A stretch of 63,654 nt of DNA, counting the filler, from Octopus bimaculoides (taxonomy: Eukaryota): the NCBI RefSeq assembly GCF_001194135.2. It is 5 parts of 5 records of this genome, joined end to end, with 100 filler letters (N's around TTAATTAATTAA, not from the genome) between each part and the next. Parts side by side here need not be neighbours in the genome. Positions count along the whole stretch, not along the records: positions 24,920 to 45,196 come from NC_068993.1; 4 more parts are not named here. One strand, 5' to 3'. The translations under genes and the position numbers were made by a program. Shown here one piece after another: positions 25,902-38,329 of the stretch. Below the pieces are notes generated by a model. That model searched no databases. It was not told the origin of the DNA and saw only the letters and a program-made list of their open reading frames with translations. Positions within the stretch are counted from its first letter, which is position 1, and the number at the start of each line of letters is the position of its first letter.

Positions 25902-26741
25902 AATATGTCAGGTGAAAAGAGAAAGGAAGACGACAGTAAAAGTAAAAAAATAGAAAGCAAAAAATTTAAAAAAAGCAAAAGTGTAAAAAAAAAAGAAGCT
26001 AAATGAAATAAACAATGGAAACGAAATATGAATATGAAAAAAATATAACAATATTGTATAAATATAAAATCAAGTAAATAAACAAGACAGGAACAACAGT
26101 AACAAACGAGAGAGGACTCCAGAAAATAATTGTATGATCTGATATACATCTTTACGTCGCATACGCAACAGGCATACAATCTTCCATCACACACACACAA
26201 TTACATACACACACATACACACACACATACACACACACATACACACATACACACACACTCATATACGGGTGCACCACACACTTGTACATGAATAAGCCAG
26301 GCCGAGAAGAGGAATATTATTTATGAAGTTTTCCTGTTTTCACCGTGTGTCGGAAATGTGATGCTGATATCAAGGTGAAAGTATGTGTGTGTGTGTGTGT
26401 GTGTGTGTACATATACGTATATACACTCACGTGTATACATACATGTATATATGTATATAAATATATAAACATATGTATAAATATATATATTATATTCACA
26501 TATATATTTATTTATTTATTTATTTATTTATTATATGCATGTATAAATGCATATGCAATTTCGTCAGCTTGTTTTCTCATTCGGCAAATAAATGGATATA
26601 TTTGTAAAGAAACAAGACGATTCAACGGACAGCGACTATAAAAGACGGTTTTTGATTTCGGAAATTGCTTGTGTAAAAGTGTAATTGTTGTTGGATCGTA
26701 TTGATGGTTTTATAGAGGCTGAGAGTGAAAGAAACTGAGGG

Positions 26742-26873
<132 letters not shown>

Positions 26874-27973
26874 TAGAGAGATAGAGAAGGGTGATGGGGC
26901 ATGGTTTGGTAGATAACATGGAAGATACCTCACCATCTTCCATCTCTCTATCTGTCTCAATGTTCCTATTACTCCTTCTGTGTGTCAGAAATACAGAAAA
27001 ATGTGTGAGTGAAAGTGAGAGGTAAGATGTATAGTGAGTAACACATAAACTAAAAGAGTGATAACGAGAGAGAAATAGATACAGATATATAAAGAGGCGA
27101 AAAGATAAAGAAAAAAAAAACAGAAAATATACGAGACTGAGAGAAATACAAAGATTATTATATTCTCGTAAACATTCATTCAAACACACGTTATATATAT
27201 GTGTTTGTATGTGTTTGCTTGTATTCGTTTGTGTTAGTGTTGATAGAGGCAGGCAGAAAGAGCGAGCGAGAGAGAGAGATAAGAGAAGGCAAGTTAAGAA
27301 GATGAGAAGGAGTGATTCGTGTTGTCGGCTGCAGTTTATAACAAATAAACCAAGTGAATGGAAATGATTGGCGATTGATTCCTCTTCTTCCACTGGACTC
27401 GCTGAATCTGTAGTCTTTTCCATACCGCCCATCTCTCATTTTTTTCTCTCTCACATCTTCTTCTTCTTCTTCTTCTTCTTCTTCTTCTTCTTCTTCTTCT
27501 TCTTTTCCTCCTCCTCCTCCTCCTCCTCCTCCTTCTTCTTCTTCTTCTTCTTCTTCTTCTTCTTCTTCTTCTTCTTCTTCTTCTTCTTCTTCTTCTTCTT
27601 CTTCTTCTTCTTCTTCTTCTTCTCTCTAAAACACATGGGCAGACGCAAACACACGCGTAAGATATACGCTTGCACATGAAATTTACACATACATGCAAGC
27701 ATGTAATTTGCACACGAAATGAAACCAAACTGGTGTTAAGTTATTTTGCAGTGAGTTAAAACTGTTAAATTAGAGACATTATATGTTTCAGAGAAAACGG
27801 AAAGGAAAGAAAAGAAAACGGAAAAAAATAAAACCTCTTTGTCGTAGGAATACTTCTCTCAACCTGACTTTTTCCAATGCAAAAAACGCAAACGTGACTT
27901 GATAAGTAAATTCTAGAGGATTATATTATTATAGTTTTCATCAGTTTCGTTGCTTCACCTATAAAAGCTACAT

Positions 27974-28390
27974 AGCTGTGTGGTAAGAGGCTTGCTTCCC
28001 ATCCTTATAGTCCGGGTTCAATCCCGCTGCGAGACACCTTCGGGAAGTGCCTTCTACTATAGCCTCGGACCGACCAATGCCTGTGAATGGATTTGGTAGA
28101 CAGAAACTGAAAGAAGCCCGTCGTGTGTGTGCATATATAAAAATATATATATATAAATATATATATTCAGGTGTTTGTCATTGTCTGTGTTTGTTCCCCC
28201 ACCGTCGTTTGAAAACTGGGGTTGGTGTGTTTACATTCCGGTAAATTAGCGGTTCGGCCAAAAGAACCGATAGAATAAGTATTAGACTAACAAAGAATAA
28301 AACCTGGCGTCGAATTCTTCAATTAGAACCCTTCAAGGCGGTGCTCCAGCATGGCTGCAGTCAAATGACTGTAGCATGTAAAAGAATAAA
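27974..28390 (+). mobile_element. SINE family A
   Basis: Same head, core and tail as 24374-24774. Confidence 0.85.
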
Positions 28391-28404
28391 AGCATACATA
28401 CATA

Positions 28405-28440
<36 letters not shown>

Positions 28441-29635
28441 CTTTATATGTATAAATGCGTTTAATGTGGTTGGCTGTTGAAAGAAGAGTGCCCAATCCCA
28501 CTGTAAGCAATAAATAATACTTTGTTGGTCGAGTTAGTCTCTTGCTACTCTGAGTTTCGCCAGTGAGTACAGAGGGTCTTGAGGGAAGTTTCGACTAAAC
28601 AAAATGACGGAACGTATGTATTCACAGACAGACACAGACACACACACACAGACACAGACACCCCCAACCACACACACACACACAGAGGCACGCACACACA
28701 GACACACACACGCACTCATACACACACGTAGGTATATATGTGCGTGTTTGAGTATACACTTACATATATCAAATATGTGTGTATGTGTATGTATATATAT
28801 ATATATATATATNNNNNNNNNNNNNNNNNNNNNNNNNNNNNNNNNNNNNNNNNNNNNNNNNNNNNNNNNNNNNNNNNNNNNNNNNNNNNNNNNNNNNNNN
28901 NNNNNNNNNNNNNNNNTATATATAAATTTAGATTCAAAATGAATATGGTACTTAAGTTTAGGCAAACAATTCCCCAAAATTAGGTGATCAAAAATCAAAT
29001 TAAGCAACAAGGATATTCAAGGTTACTGCAGTACGATCGTTTCATGCAACTCCATTTATTTAAGCAATGCGAGCATTACATTAAATGCAAAATGCAGAGC
29101 AATCTTCAGCTGCACAAACATACAGAAAATTTACTGAAATTTACTTTCAGTAGAAGGACATATTACTGTTGTAACTACATTTAAACAATCCAAGTGGGAA
29201 GGAAGAATATAAAAGACCATTTTGAGTTAGCCAAAGCAAACAGGCTATACTAGATATATCTTGTATCTGTCATCTTTAATTTGTTTCAGCTATTAGATTG
29301 CGCCCATGCCGGAGCACCGCTTTGCAGACATTCAATCAGTTGAATAAATCTCAGATCTAACTTTTTTCTTTTTAAGCTTGGTACTTTACCTATCGGTCTC
29401 TTTTGCCGAACCCCTCATTTACGTAATTACACCAACACTGAACAGGTACGTGGTCGCAAATCTTTTCGAATCAACGAGACACAATGTGGGACAGAAGTGC
29501 CCCCTTGTACACTCCATGTGACGGGCTTCTATATAGTGTCCAATTATCTGACACAAACATGCATATACACATACATATATACTTACATATATCTACATAC
29601 ACACACACACTCAGCCCTCCCTCCCATATATGCAC

Positions 29636-29790
29636 AGGCATGGCTGTATGGTAAGAAGTTGGCTTCCCAGCCACATGGATCCGAGTTGAGTCCTACTCTG
29701 TGGCACATTGGGCAAGTGTCTTCTGCTATAGCCTCGGACTGCCCAAAACCTTGTGAGTGGATTTTATAGACTGAAACTGAAAGTCCGTCG
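29636..29790 (+). mobile_element. SINE family A 5' half (runs into gap)
   Basis: GGCATGGCTGTATGGTAAGAAG...GTGAGTGGATTTT; a minus-strand tail fragment precedes it at about 29268-29430. Confidence 0.8.
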
Positions 29791-30763
29791 TATAAATATA
29801 TGAATATGAGTGTGTTTGTGTGTGTGTGTGTGTGTNNNNNNNNNNNNNNNNNNNNNNNNNNNNNNNNNNNNNNNNNNNNNNNNNNNNNNNNNNNNNNNNN
29901 NNNNNNNNNNNNNNNNNNNNNNNNNNNNNNNNNNNNNNNNNNNNNNNNNNNNNNNNNNNNNNNNNNNNNNNNNNNNNNNNNNNNNNNNNNNNNNNNNNNN
30001 NNNNNNNNNNNNNNNNNNNNNNNNNNNNNNNNNNNNNNNNNNNNNNNNNNNNNNNNNNNNNNNNNNNNNNNNNNNNNNNNNNNNNNNNNNNNNNNNNNNN
30101 NNNNNNNNNNNNNNNNNNNNNNNNNNNNNNNNNNNNNNNNNNNNNNNNNNNNNNNNNNNNNNNNNNNNNNNNNNNNNNNNNNNNNNNNNNNNNNNNNNNN
30201 NNNNNNNNNNNNNNNNNNNNNNNNNNNNNNNNNNNNNNNNNNNNNNNNNNNNNNNNNNNNNNNNNNNNNNNNNNNNNNNNNNNNNNNNNNNNNNNNNNNN
30301 NNNNNNNNNNNNNNNNNNNNNNNNNNNNNNNNNNNNNNNNNNNNNNNNNNNNNNNNNNNNNNNNNNNNNNNNNNNNNNNNNNNNNNNNNNNNNNNNNNNN
30401 NNNNNNNNNNNNNNNNNNNNNNNNNNNNNNNNNNNNNNNNNNNNNNNNNNNNNNNNNNNNNNNNNNNNNNNNNNNNNNNNNNNNNNNNNNNNNNNNNNNN
30501 NNNNNNNNNNNNNNNNNNNNNNNNNNNNNNNNNNNNNNNNNNNNNNNNNNNNNNNNNNNNNNNNNNNNNNNNNNNNNNNNNNNNNNNNNNNNNNNNNNNN
30601 NNNNNNNNNNNNNNNNNNNNNNNNNNNNNNNNNNNNNNNNNNNNNNNNNNNNNNNNNNNNNNNNNNNNNNNNNNNNNNNNNNNNNNNNNNNNNNNNNNNN
30701 NNNNNNNNNNNNNNNNNNNNNNNNNNNNNNNNNNNNNNNNNNNNNNNNNNNNNNNNNNNNNNN

Positions 30764-30801
<38 letters not shown>

Positions 30802-31683
30802 GTGTGTGTGTATCTACATATATGTATAAAACACTATGCTAAAATTAATACGTTTGTTAACCAGTGTGTGATCAGCAAAATAACGCCCGGTCTTTCTCGC
30901 GACAAGCAATGAATATGTGCCTGTTTTGTTCATCTATGTCAAGATTGAATGTATAAATTCACAAAGATATGTGTGTGTGTGCGTGTGATTAATTGTGCCG
31001 GTATGTGTGTGCGTGTGCGCGTTTGCGCGTGTACTTAAACTGTGAAACAGCGAAAGTGAGAGAGAGAGAGAGAGGGAGAGAGAGGTGAGAGAGGTTATTT
31101 ATCGAGGAAAGAGAAAGTGCTACACAGATGTGTTTTATTGGTTTAGTGTGAGGCAATGGCTAATTGATTCAACTTCGTATGTGTATTTATGACTGCATAA
31201 ATAAGTGCATATGTATACATATATATACATATATATATATACATACATATATATATAAACGTGTTCTTCTTGCAGAGGTTAATTTTATGCAAACTGCCTA
31301 TTCAACTGCTATCGAAACCCAGCCGTTATTTTCACTTTCCTTACTCCCATTATTCCTGTTGTGAGCTAATGATCTAATACATCCAACACTTCATTTGATC
31401 CCTTTTTACATGGAATAACAACCATCAAGAATTCCCTCCTTATTTTTACGTCTTTCCAGCAGGCATCCATTTATAGAAATTCAATTTGGCTATCAACTAC
31501 ATTGACTTCGCCTGTCTGCGAAGATCTCCTCTCACGCTCTTTGCATTATAACGATAAAATGGTAATAAAAAGAGCATATTGAAGCTAACAGCCTAAACAT
31601 TTCCTTAGTTAAGCTGTGAGTTAGTCTTTCTACCACATCCAATTGCAATAACCATTTTCAACATCTTCATTGAGCCTCAACAC

Positions 31684-32085
31684 CAGTGATTCTCAACCGG
31701 GGTCCATGTGGTGCTTGGGCTGGGGGTATATAAGATTTTGTTAAAGTATATGAACAATACACAAAGCATTTTAACAATTGTTTATACGATTCTTTCCCAA
31801 ATAAATTACACTTCATATTCAAGGCTCCGATGAAACTATAAGGTGTTATTCAGGTACTCAACTATGGATCCACTGTATCTTATAGCAGAAACAGTTGTAT
31901 GCTAATGAATTTCAAAAGATAATCATTTATTCCTTTGTCATCTTTCTTTCTTATTACCATTTCCTAATAGCATTTAGTTATAAACATATAATAGGATTTC
32001 TTTCTTTTTTTTAACAAGTGGGTCTAGTAGAATTAAATAGGAACCAAAAAGGGTTCATAGACAAAAAAATGGTTGAGAACCACTG
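31684..32085. mobile_element. hAT (Charlie-like) MITE
   Basis: TIRs CAGTGATTCTCAACC / GGTTGAGAACCACTG; degenerate 8-bp flanks ctcaacac / ctctgtac. Confidence 0.8.
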
Positions 32086-32624
32086 CTCTGTACAGTCGTT
32101 AAACTTGCTAGAAATGGCAGTTAAATTTCTTTCAAATGACATCTCACCTAAAGTATAAGGTACGTCTGTAATTTGCGTGACAGGGGGGTGGGCTTTAAAT
32201 TATAACCATCTTCTCCTGGGTGCAAAAAAAAAAAAGAGATAAAAGGAAAGAAAACATTGCTTGGCTTAATCAACTTGCAGTTTCACTTCATTCTTAAATG
32301 CCCTGGAAATATCGTCTGTAAAATGGGAGAAAGGAAACAAAGGTATGAAACCATTGGTGCTGAGGGATTCAATGACGAACGGATCATAGGGTTTACATGA
32401 AAGAATGATTGCCATATCACCTCTCTAGTGAAGAAGGTAGATTTGCAACCACTCTGTAATCCTTTTATAATCATTATCGCATTTTTTTTTTATGTTTCCT
32501 TGAGTAATTTTTTTTTGTGCAGACCACTATGCCAGACTATCAAAAATATTAATGTCTTAAAATATATTAGAGTTTCTGACAGTTGATTCTTACACGTGAG
32601 AAGATGGTTATTATTTGGAGGTGT

Positions 32625-32835
32625 CTAGAGCGGAGAACAGGCAAAATCGTTAGCACGCCCGGCAAAATTGCCTCGCGGCATTTCGTTCGTCTTCACGTTC
32701 TGAGTTCAAATTCTGCCGAGGTCGTTCATTCTTTCGGGGTTGATAAAATAAGTACCACCAGTTGAGTATAGAAGTCGATGTAATCGATTTCCCCACCTCA
32801 CAAATTTCTGGCCCCGTGCCAAAATTTGAAATCGT
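32625..32835 (+). mobile_element. SINE family B
   Basis: Matches 25684-25901. Confidence 0.8.
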
Positions 32836-34249
32836 TATTTAGAGACCTCTATCATACACATAACATATCTGCCTTCTTTTTTAAAGATGTTGTTCGAAAG
32901 AAATTAGACAGCTATTTCTAGCAATTTCAACAGCTGAATAGAGGTTCGAAGATAATGAAAATGGCTACTGCACCGAGATAAGCAACAAAGACAAATTGCC
33001 AGTTTAGATAGGAAAACAGTTAGCTGATAGCGTTGATGTCTCTTAATTACTGACTCCATAGATCTACTGGTAATGATGCTGTGTAATAAAGACACCGCTA
33101 TTTCCAGAGATCGAATTTGGCATAATTCTAATTTTCTTTTATCTTTTACTTGTTTGACTAAAACTCTCAAAGCAGTGTCCCATGCTGGAGTATCACTTTG
33201 AGAGGTTAAGTCGAACACATCAAAATCAATACGTATCTATTTATTGCTATGTAGTATTTATTCTATCGGTCTCTATTTCTGTTTTTTCTGAATGAAGACA
33301 TGGTTATATGCTTAGAAAATATGTTCGTTGGCGCGAATTAGCAGAATTTGATGAAAGCCCATGCAATTTTATTTAATTGTATTTTATTTTGTATGATTCT
33401 CTGCACGCCTGTTTGAATTCCTGCTCTTATAACTTTTACTGAGTTCTTAAACAATGTCATAGCCTTGGAAAAATCCTAGAAGTAATTCTTCTTTCTTTTG
33501 GGACACTGTTCGGAGAGTTGCTTGGGACGAATCAAGCAAATGCCGACAAATGAATGTATGTATCTATCTGTATAAGTATGTATATGTGTGAGATTTTGTG
33601 TGCACTTAAGGTGAATGCAGCGATGCGTTGCAACGGCGCTTGCACTCATACCTGCCCTGACTCATGCTAGAGTCTCTAACTTATTGTAGTTGTGTCACTT
33701 TGCTTGTTGAAACTTCATTTTCGCATCTCTGTCATTAATCTTTTAATTAGTAAAAGATACGATGCTTCCTTCCAAAAGTCCTTTTGCATTTGTGATCACT
33801 CTGGAATTGGACTCAAGTGTATTTATTGCGAATATTTGATTGATGTGACACAAGTCACATCAATGTATGGCACTCAACCCCATTTCCTGTTGAAATCAGT
33901 TGCCGCTGTTTCCTAACATCATTATTACGTTATATTCTGCAGAGGATTGACTTGGAAACCTAAACACCTAAAGAAAGTCACCAAGGAGACAACCTTGGTA
34001 ACTGAAACAAGTTCAAGGTGATTGCGATTGACAAGTGACTGCAGATAGAAACCTTCTGTTTTAGGGGCGAAATGTTAGGTGTCCTGAGATACTTGTTGAA
34101 GATATAGGAGGATTTCCAAAATTGTGATATATTTAGTCACGATTGGGAGAAGGGCTTACAATATCTTTAAATCATGCCTACAGTTTCTGCTTATGATAAA
34201 GTATCTCAAATGTTTACCTAACACCATCTAATGCATTCTTTATTAATAC

Positions 34250-34425
34250 TGGCTTCAAATTTTGGCACAAGGCCAGCAATTCTGGGAGATGAGGTACGTC
34301 GATTACATAAATCCCAGTGCTCAACTGGTACTTATTTTATAAGAGGATAAAAGGCAAATTCGACCTCAGCGAAATTTGAACACAGAATGTAAAAGACAAA
34401 CGAAATGCCACTAAACATTTTGGCC
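34250..34425 (-). mobile_element. SINE family B
   Basis: Reverse complement of the family B core (ggcacaaggcc...cgacctcagcgaaatttgaac). Confidence 0.75.
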
Positions 34426-35562
34426 ACCTCATTCTTTGCTAATACTGATTTGAAAAAATACTAGAAAAAAAAATCAAATAATTGTAAAGCTTCTTAGTGT
34501 TTCTGTTATAATTCCAATCACGTTTAGAATAGTTTTTAAGGAATAAAATTGCCTTCTCAACCACAGATTCCTCTCTAAACATTAATATTGCTGCAATAAG
34601 GCATCAAGATTGTGCTTTAACTATATTAACTATATTAGCATTGTGCATTATATTATGATCATCAGTAGCTGCCCGAAATACAAGTTCAGGTCCATGATTT
34701 TCTTTGGTAGTTTTCATGATTGATGTTGTTGTATTTTATACTCAGGTAAGCCATGATTGAGTAGACCTATCTATGGTCACAGATTACAAACGTTGGAGCC
34801 AAAACCGCTCTGTCTTTCACTCAGATAAAGTGTAGACGGAAAGAATTACATTAAGTAAAATGGTTGAGCGTTTTGAGGTAGATTTAGCTACTATACTAGC
34901 AGATTGAACGATCAGAAAGAGGCACGACCGTTTGATGGAGTCAGCTTGTTCATGTTGTTGCTGTTTCGTAGTTCCAAATCAGTCCTCATGAACAGACCTA
35001 TCGTTATCTCACCTCATTTTCAATAACCTATCAACATTATCCAATACAAACTTCCTTTATAAAGACGGTATGAGGTGAATTAAGGGAACTTTGGCTGCTA
35101 TTTTCAGCATCTCAAACTGTCATATACAGGCTCTCTCGTTAGCTATAGTTCATGAGCAGTTGTCAGTTGGAGGTGAAAAACTGCAGTTATGTTGATTTAC
35201 CAAATACCAATACTGGGAACTCTAAATGTATATATTTATAAATCACCACCAGAGAGAAATACAACTTAACCGTTGTTGCCAACAGGAGTACGGCACAACT
35301 ATATCATTACCAATGATTTCGACAGTGTACAAAGCTAAAATCTTTCTTCGTTTACAGTTGAATTCCTTTCAAGAGCACACTAGTTCTCCTATTTAAGGAC
35401 ACAAAAACTCTCATTTTCATAATAACATGTAAATTGTGCATAATTATAGTAAATGTAATCTCCAGTTTGGAATACCCAAGTATTAGAGCATGTGAAGGAA
35501 TTTGAATGATAAGAACGATATGTTTATTGTGTAGTACTATTATTTTTCTCCCTATATATAAG

Positions 35563-35945
35563 TCGGTGAGCTGGTAGAATCGTTAATATTTCTTCCAGCT
35601 CTTTACGTTCTGCGCCCAAATCCCGCCGAGCTCAACCTTTGCCTTTCATCGTTAGAGATCGATAAAATAAAGTACCAGTTGAGCACGGGAGTCAATGTAA
35701 TTGACATATAAGGCGGCGAGCTGGCAGAAACGTTAGCACACAGGGTGAAATGCTGGGTGGTATTTCGTCTGTCTTTACGCTCTGGGTTCAAATTCTGCGG
35801 AGGTCGACTTTGCCTGTCATCCTTTTGGGGTCGATAAATTAAGTACCAGTTGCATACTAGGGTCGATCTAATCGACTGGCCCCCTCCCCCAAAATTTCGG
35901 GGCCTTGTGCCTAGAGTTGAAAAGAATGTAATTGACATATTCACT
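35563..35945 (+). mobile_element. Nested SINE-B inside SINE-B
   Basis: The inner copy 35710-35924 is flanked by the 16-bp TSD aatgtaattgacatat (35694-35709, 35925-35940). Confidence 0.85.
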
Positions 35946-37699
35946 GTCCATAAAACTACCGTCGTTGTACCAAAACCTGATATCATTATTGTTTTCCTCG
36001 TAAAGAGGAATGGAGTGCGTGAAGAATAAAAAAATTGTTTACACTGCTTCAGTTACTTCATTCCTTTGAACAAAAGTAGTTCTTATCAATCAACATACCA
36101 CGCTTACGACAAACAAAACAAGAGTAATAGCCAACGAGGGGCAATTCGAGCGCGTGTCATTGACTTGAGAAGGAAAAATCTTCGTCATAAATCTACGCTA
36201 AAATTCAATCTACATGTGTATTAAGAATATCAATAAGGCATAAAACACTAAAAAACACTTGGCTGATGTTAAGATAAAGGCTTGAAGCGAAATACCATAT
36301 ATACAGCCGATGCTAAACAACAGATACACTCGATTTGTTCCAAACAACACTTTGGTGATTGAATAAGCAGAGATGGTGACAGTCACAGATTAACAGATAC
36401 GTCGCTGTTCTCGTTTAACCCCAAATCAGTTATTATTGCGTTGATGTATGATGATCAAAGACGAGCCAGAAATGAACATCTTATTTTCAGTCATTACCCA
36501 ATGAGCCTTTCCACATGCCCCCTCCATTTATTTTTAATATAGTAGAGAAAGATTCGACTTCTGTTACATGTGAGATACTTAAAATGCAAGGAATGTCTTG
36601 TTATTGATGAATGGACCGGACCGCAACTTAGAAATCGGATACCGAATAATGATTTTTCTGACTGTTGATTTCAACAGCGAATAGTCTTAGATGATGGGTT
36701 CAGGTTACTTAAACACACTTACTGCTGTGTTTCTGTGATTGAAAATGTGTGTGTGTATGTGTGTGTATTTTCATTTATAAACATNNNNNNNNNNNNNNNN
36801 NNNNNNNNNNNNNNNNNNNNNNNNNNNNNNNNNNNNNNNNNNNNNNNNNNNNNNNNNNNNNNNNNNNNNNNNNNNNNNNNNNNNNNNNNNNNNNNNNNNN
36901 NNNNNNNNNNNNNNNNNNNNNNNNNNNNNNNNNNNNNNNNNNNNNNNNNNNNNNNNNNNNNNNNNNNNNNNNNNNNNNNNNNNNNNNNNNNNNNNNNNNN
37001 NNNNNNNNNNNNNNNNNNNNNNNNNNNNNNNNNNNNNNNNNNNNNNNNNNNNNNNNNNNNNNNNNNNNNNNNNNNNNNNNNNNNNNNNNNNNNNNNNNNN
37101 NNNNNNNNNNNNNNNNNNNNNNNNNNNNNNNNNNNNNNNNNNNNNNNNNNNNNNNNNNNNNNNNNNNNNNNNNNNNNNNNNNNNNNNNNNNNNNNNNNNN
37201 NNNNNNNNNNNNNNNNNNNNNNNNNNNNNNNNNNNNNNNNNNNNNNNNNNNNNNNNNNNNNNNNNNNNNNNNNNNNNNNNNNNNNNNNNNNNNNNNNNNN
37301 NNNNNNNNNNNNNNNNNNNNNNNNNNNNNNNNNNNNNNNNNNNNNNNNNNNNNNNNNNNNNNNNNNNNNNNNNNNNNNNNNNNNNNNNNNNNNNNNNNNN
37401 NNNNNNNNNNNNNNNNNNNNNNNNNNNNNNNNNNNNNNNNNNNNNNNNNNNNNNNNNNNNNNNNNNNNNNNNNNNNNNNNNNNNNNNNNNNNNNNNNNNN
37501 NNNNNNNNNNNNNNNNNNNNNNNNNNNNNNNNNNNNNNNNNNNNNNNNNNNNNNNNNNNNNNNNNNNNNNNNNNNNNNNNNATATATGTATGTGTGTGTG
37601 TGTGAGTACACACACATGCACACACACATGATTTGCTTTAATGTATGAAAGCAGGGTTCATGGAAATGTATGTGCAGTGACCATATAGTTTGAACTCTT

Positions 37700-37900
37700 T
37701 CGTCGTTTCATAAAAGATTTCAGTAAGACGCAGTCACAATTTCTCGTCTCTCAAGCTTGTATTGGTCTGGTACAACAAGCGACACCACCCCAGTAGTTTT
37801 CAGGATGCAGGATTTGTATGGAGATACCTTCTCTTAGATCAATAAATAAGAAACTGAAGAGCCTTATCTGGTTGTCTTTCGGAGTCAACTCCTGACAGGT
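37700..37900 (-). mobile_element. mariner transposase remnant
   Basis: Homologous (reverse complement) to about 49600-49750 through gatgcaggatttgt.tggag.taccttctcttagat. Confidence 0.55.
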
Positions 37901-38329
37901 CAATGAACGCATTGCTGCAGTATTTTATACAATAAAATAATACATTACCGGAAATTCATAGAAATGAAACCTCGAATGGGAAAAGTCAAACCCTTCAACA
38001 ACTTTAACAATCGCTTGTTAAAGGTGAATCGGTCCATTGTATGTCTGGTGTGTTGTAGTCAGAGTTGCAAATCGGTGTTATTTGTCCGTGTATTAGGTAT
38101 GCTTGTGTTTCTCGTTCTGGGTCAAATTCGCAGTGTTGTTGTTGTATGTCTCTGACGCATGCTCCTGCAAGTTCGTCGTAGGTGTCTTTATATGTTAGTG
38201 GATTATCGTAGTATTTATCTTTATCTGAATTTTTTTTAATAATTAACTTATTTTGATTTCCAGTTTTCCCTGTTATAATTTAAGACAGTACGGCCAAGGG
38301 ACCGTGAAGTCTTGTACGACACAAATGGA

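Noticed and set aside
35251-35316. REKYNLTVVANRSTAQL, resembling a cadherin F/G strand
   Set aside because: Preceded by an in-frame TAA, ends in TGA, and has no suitable splice sites. Likely chance.
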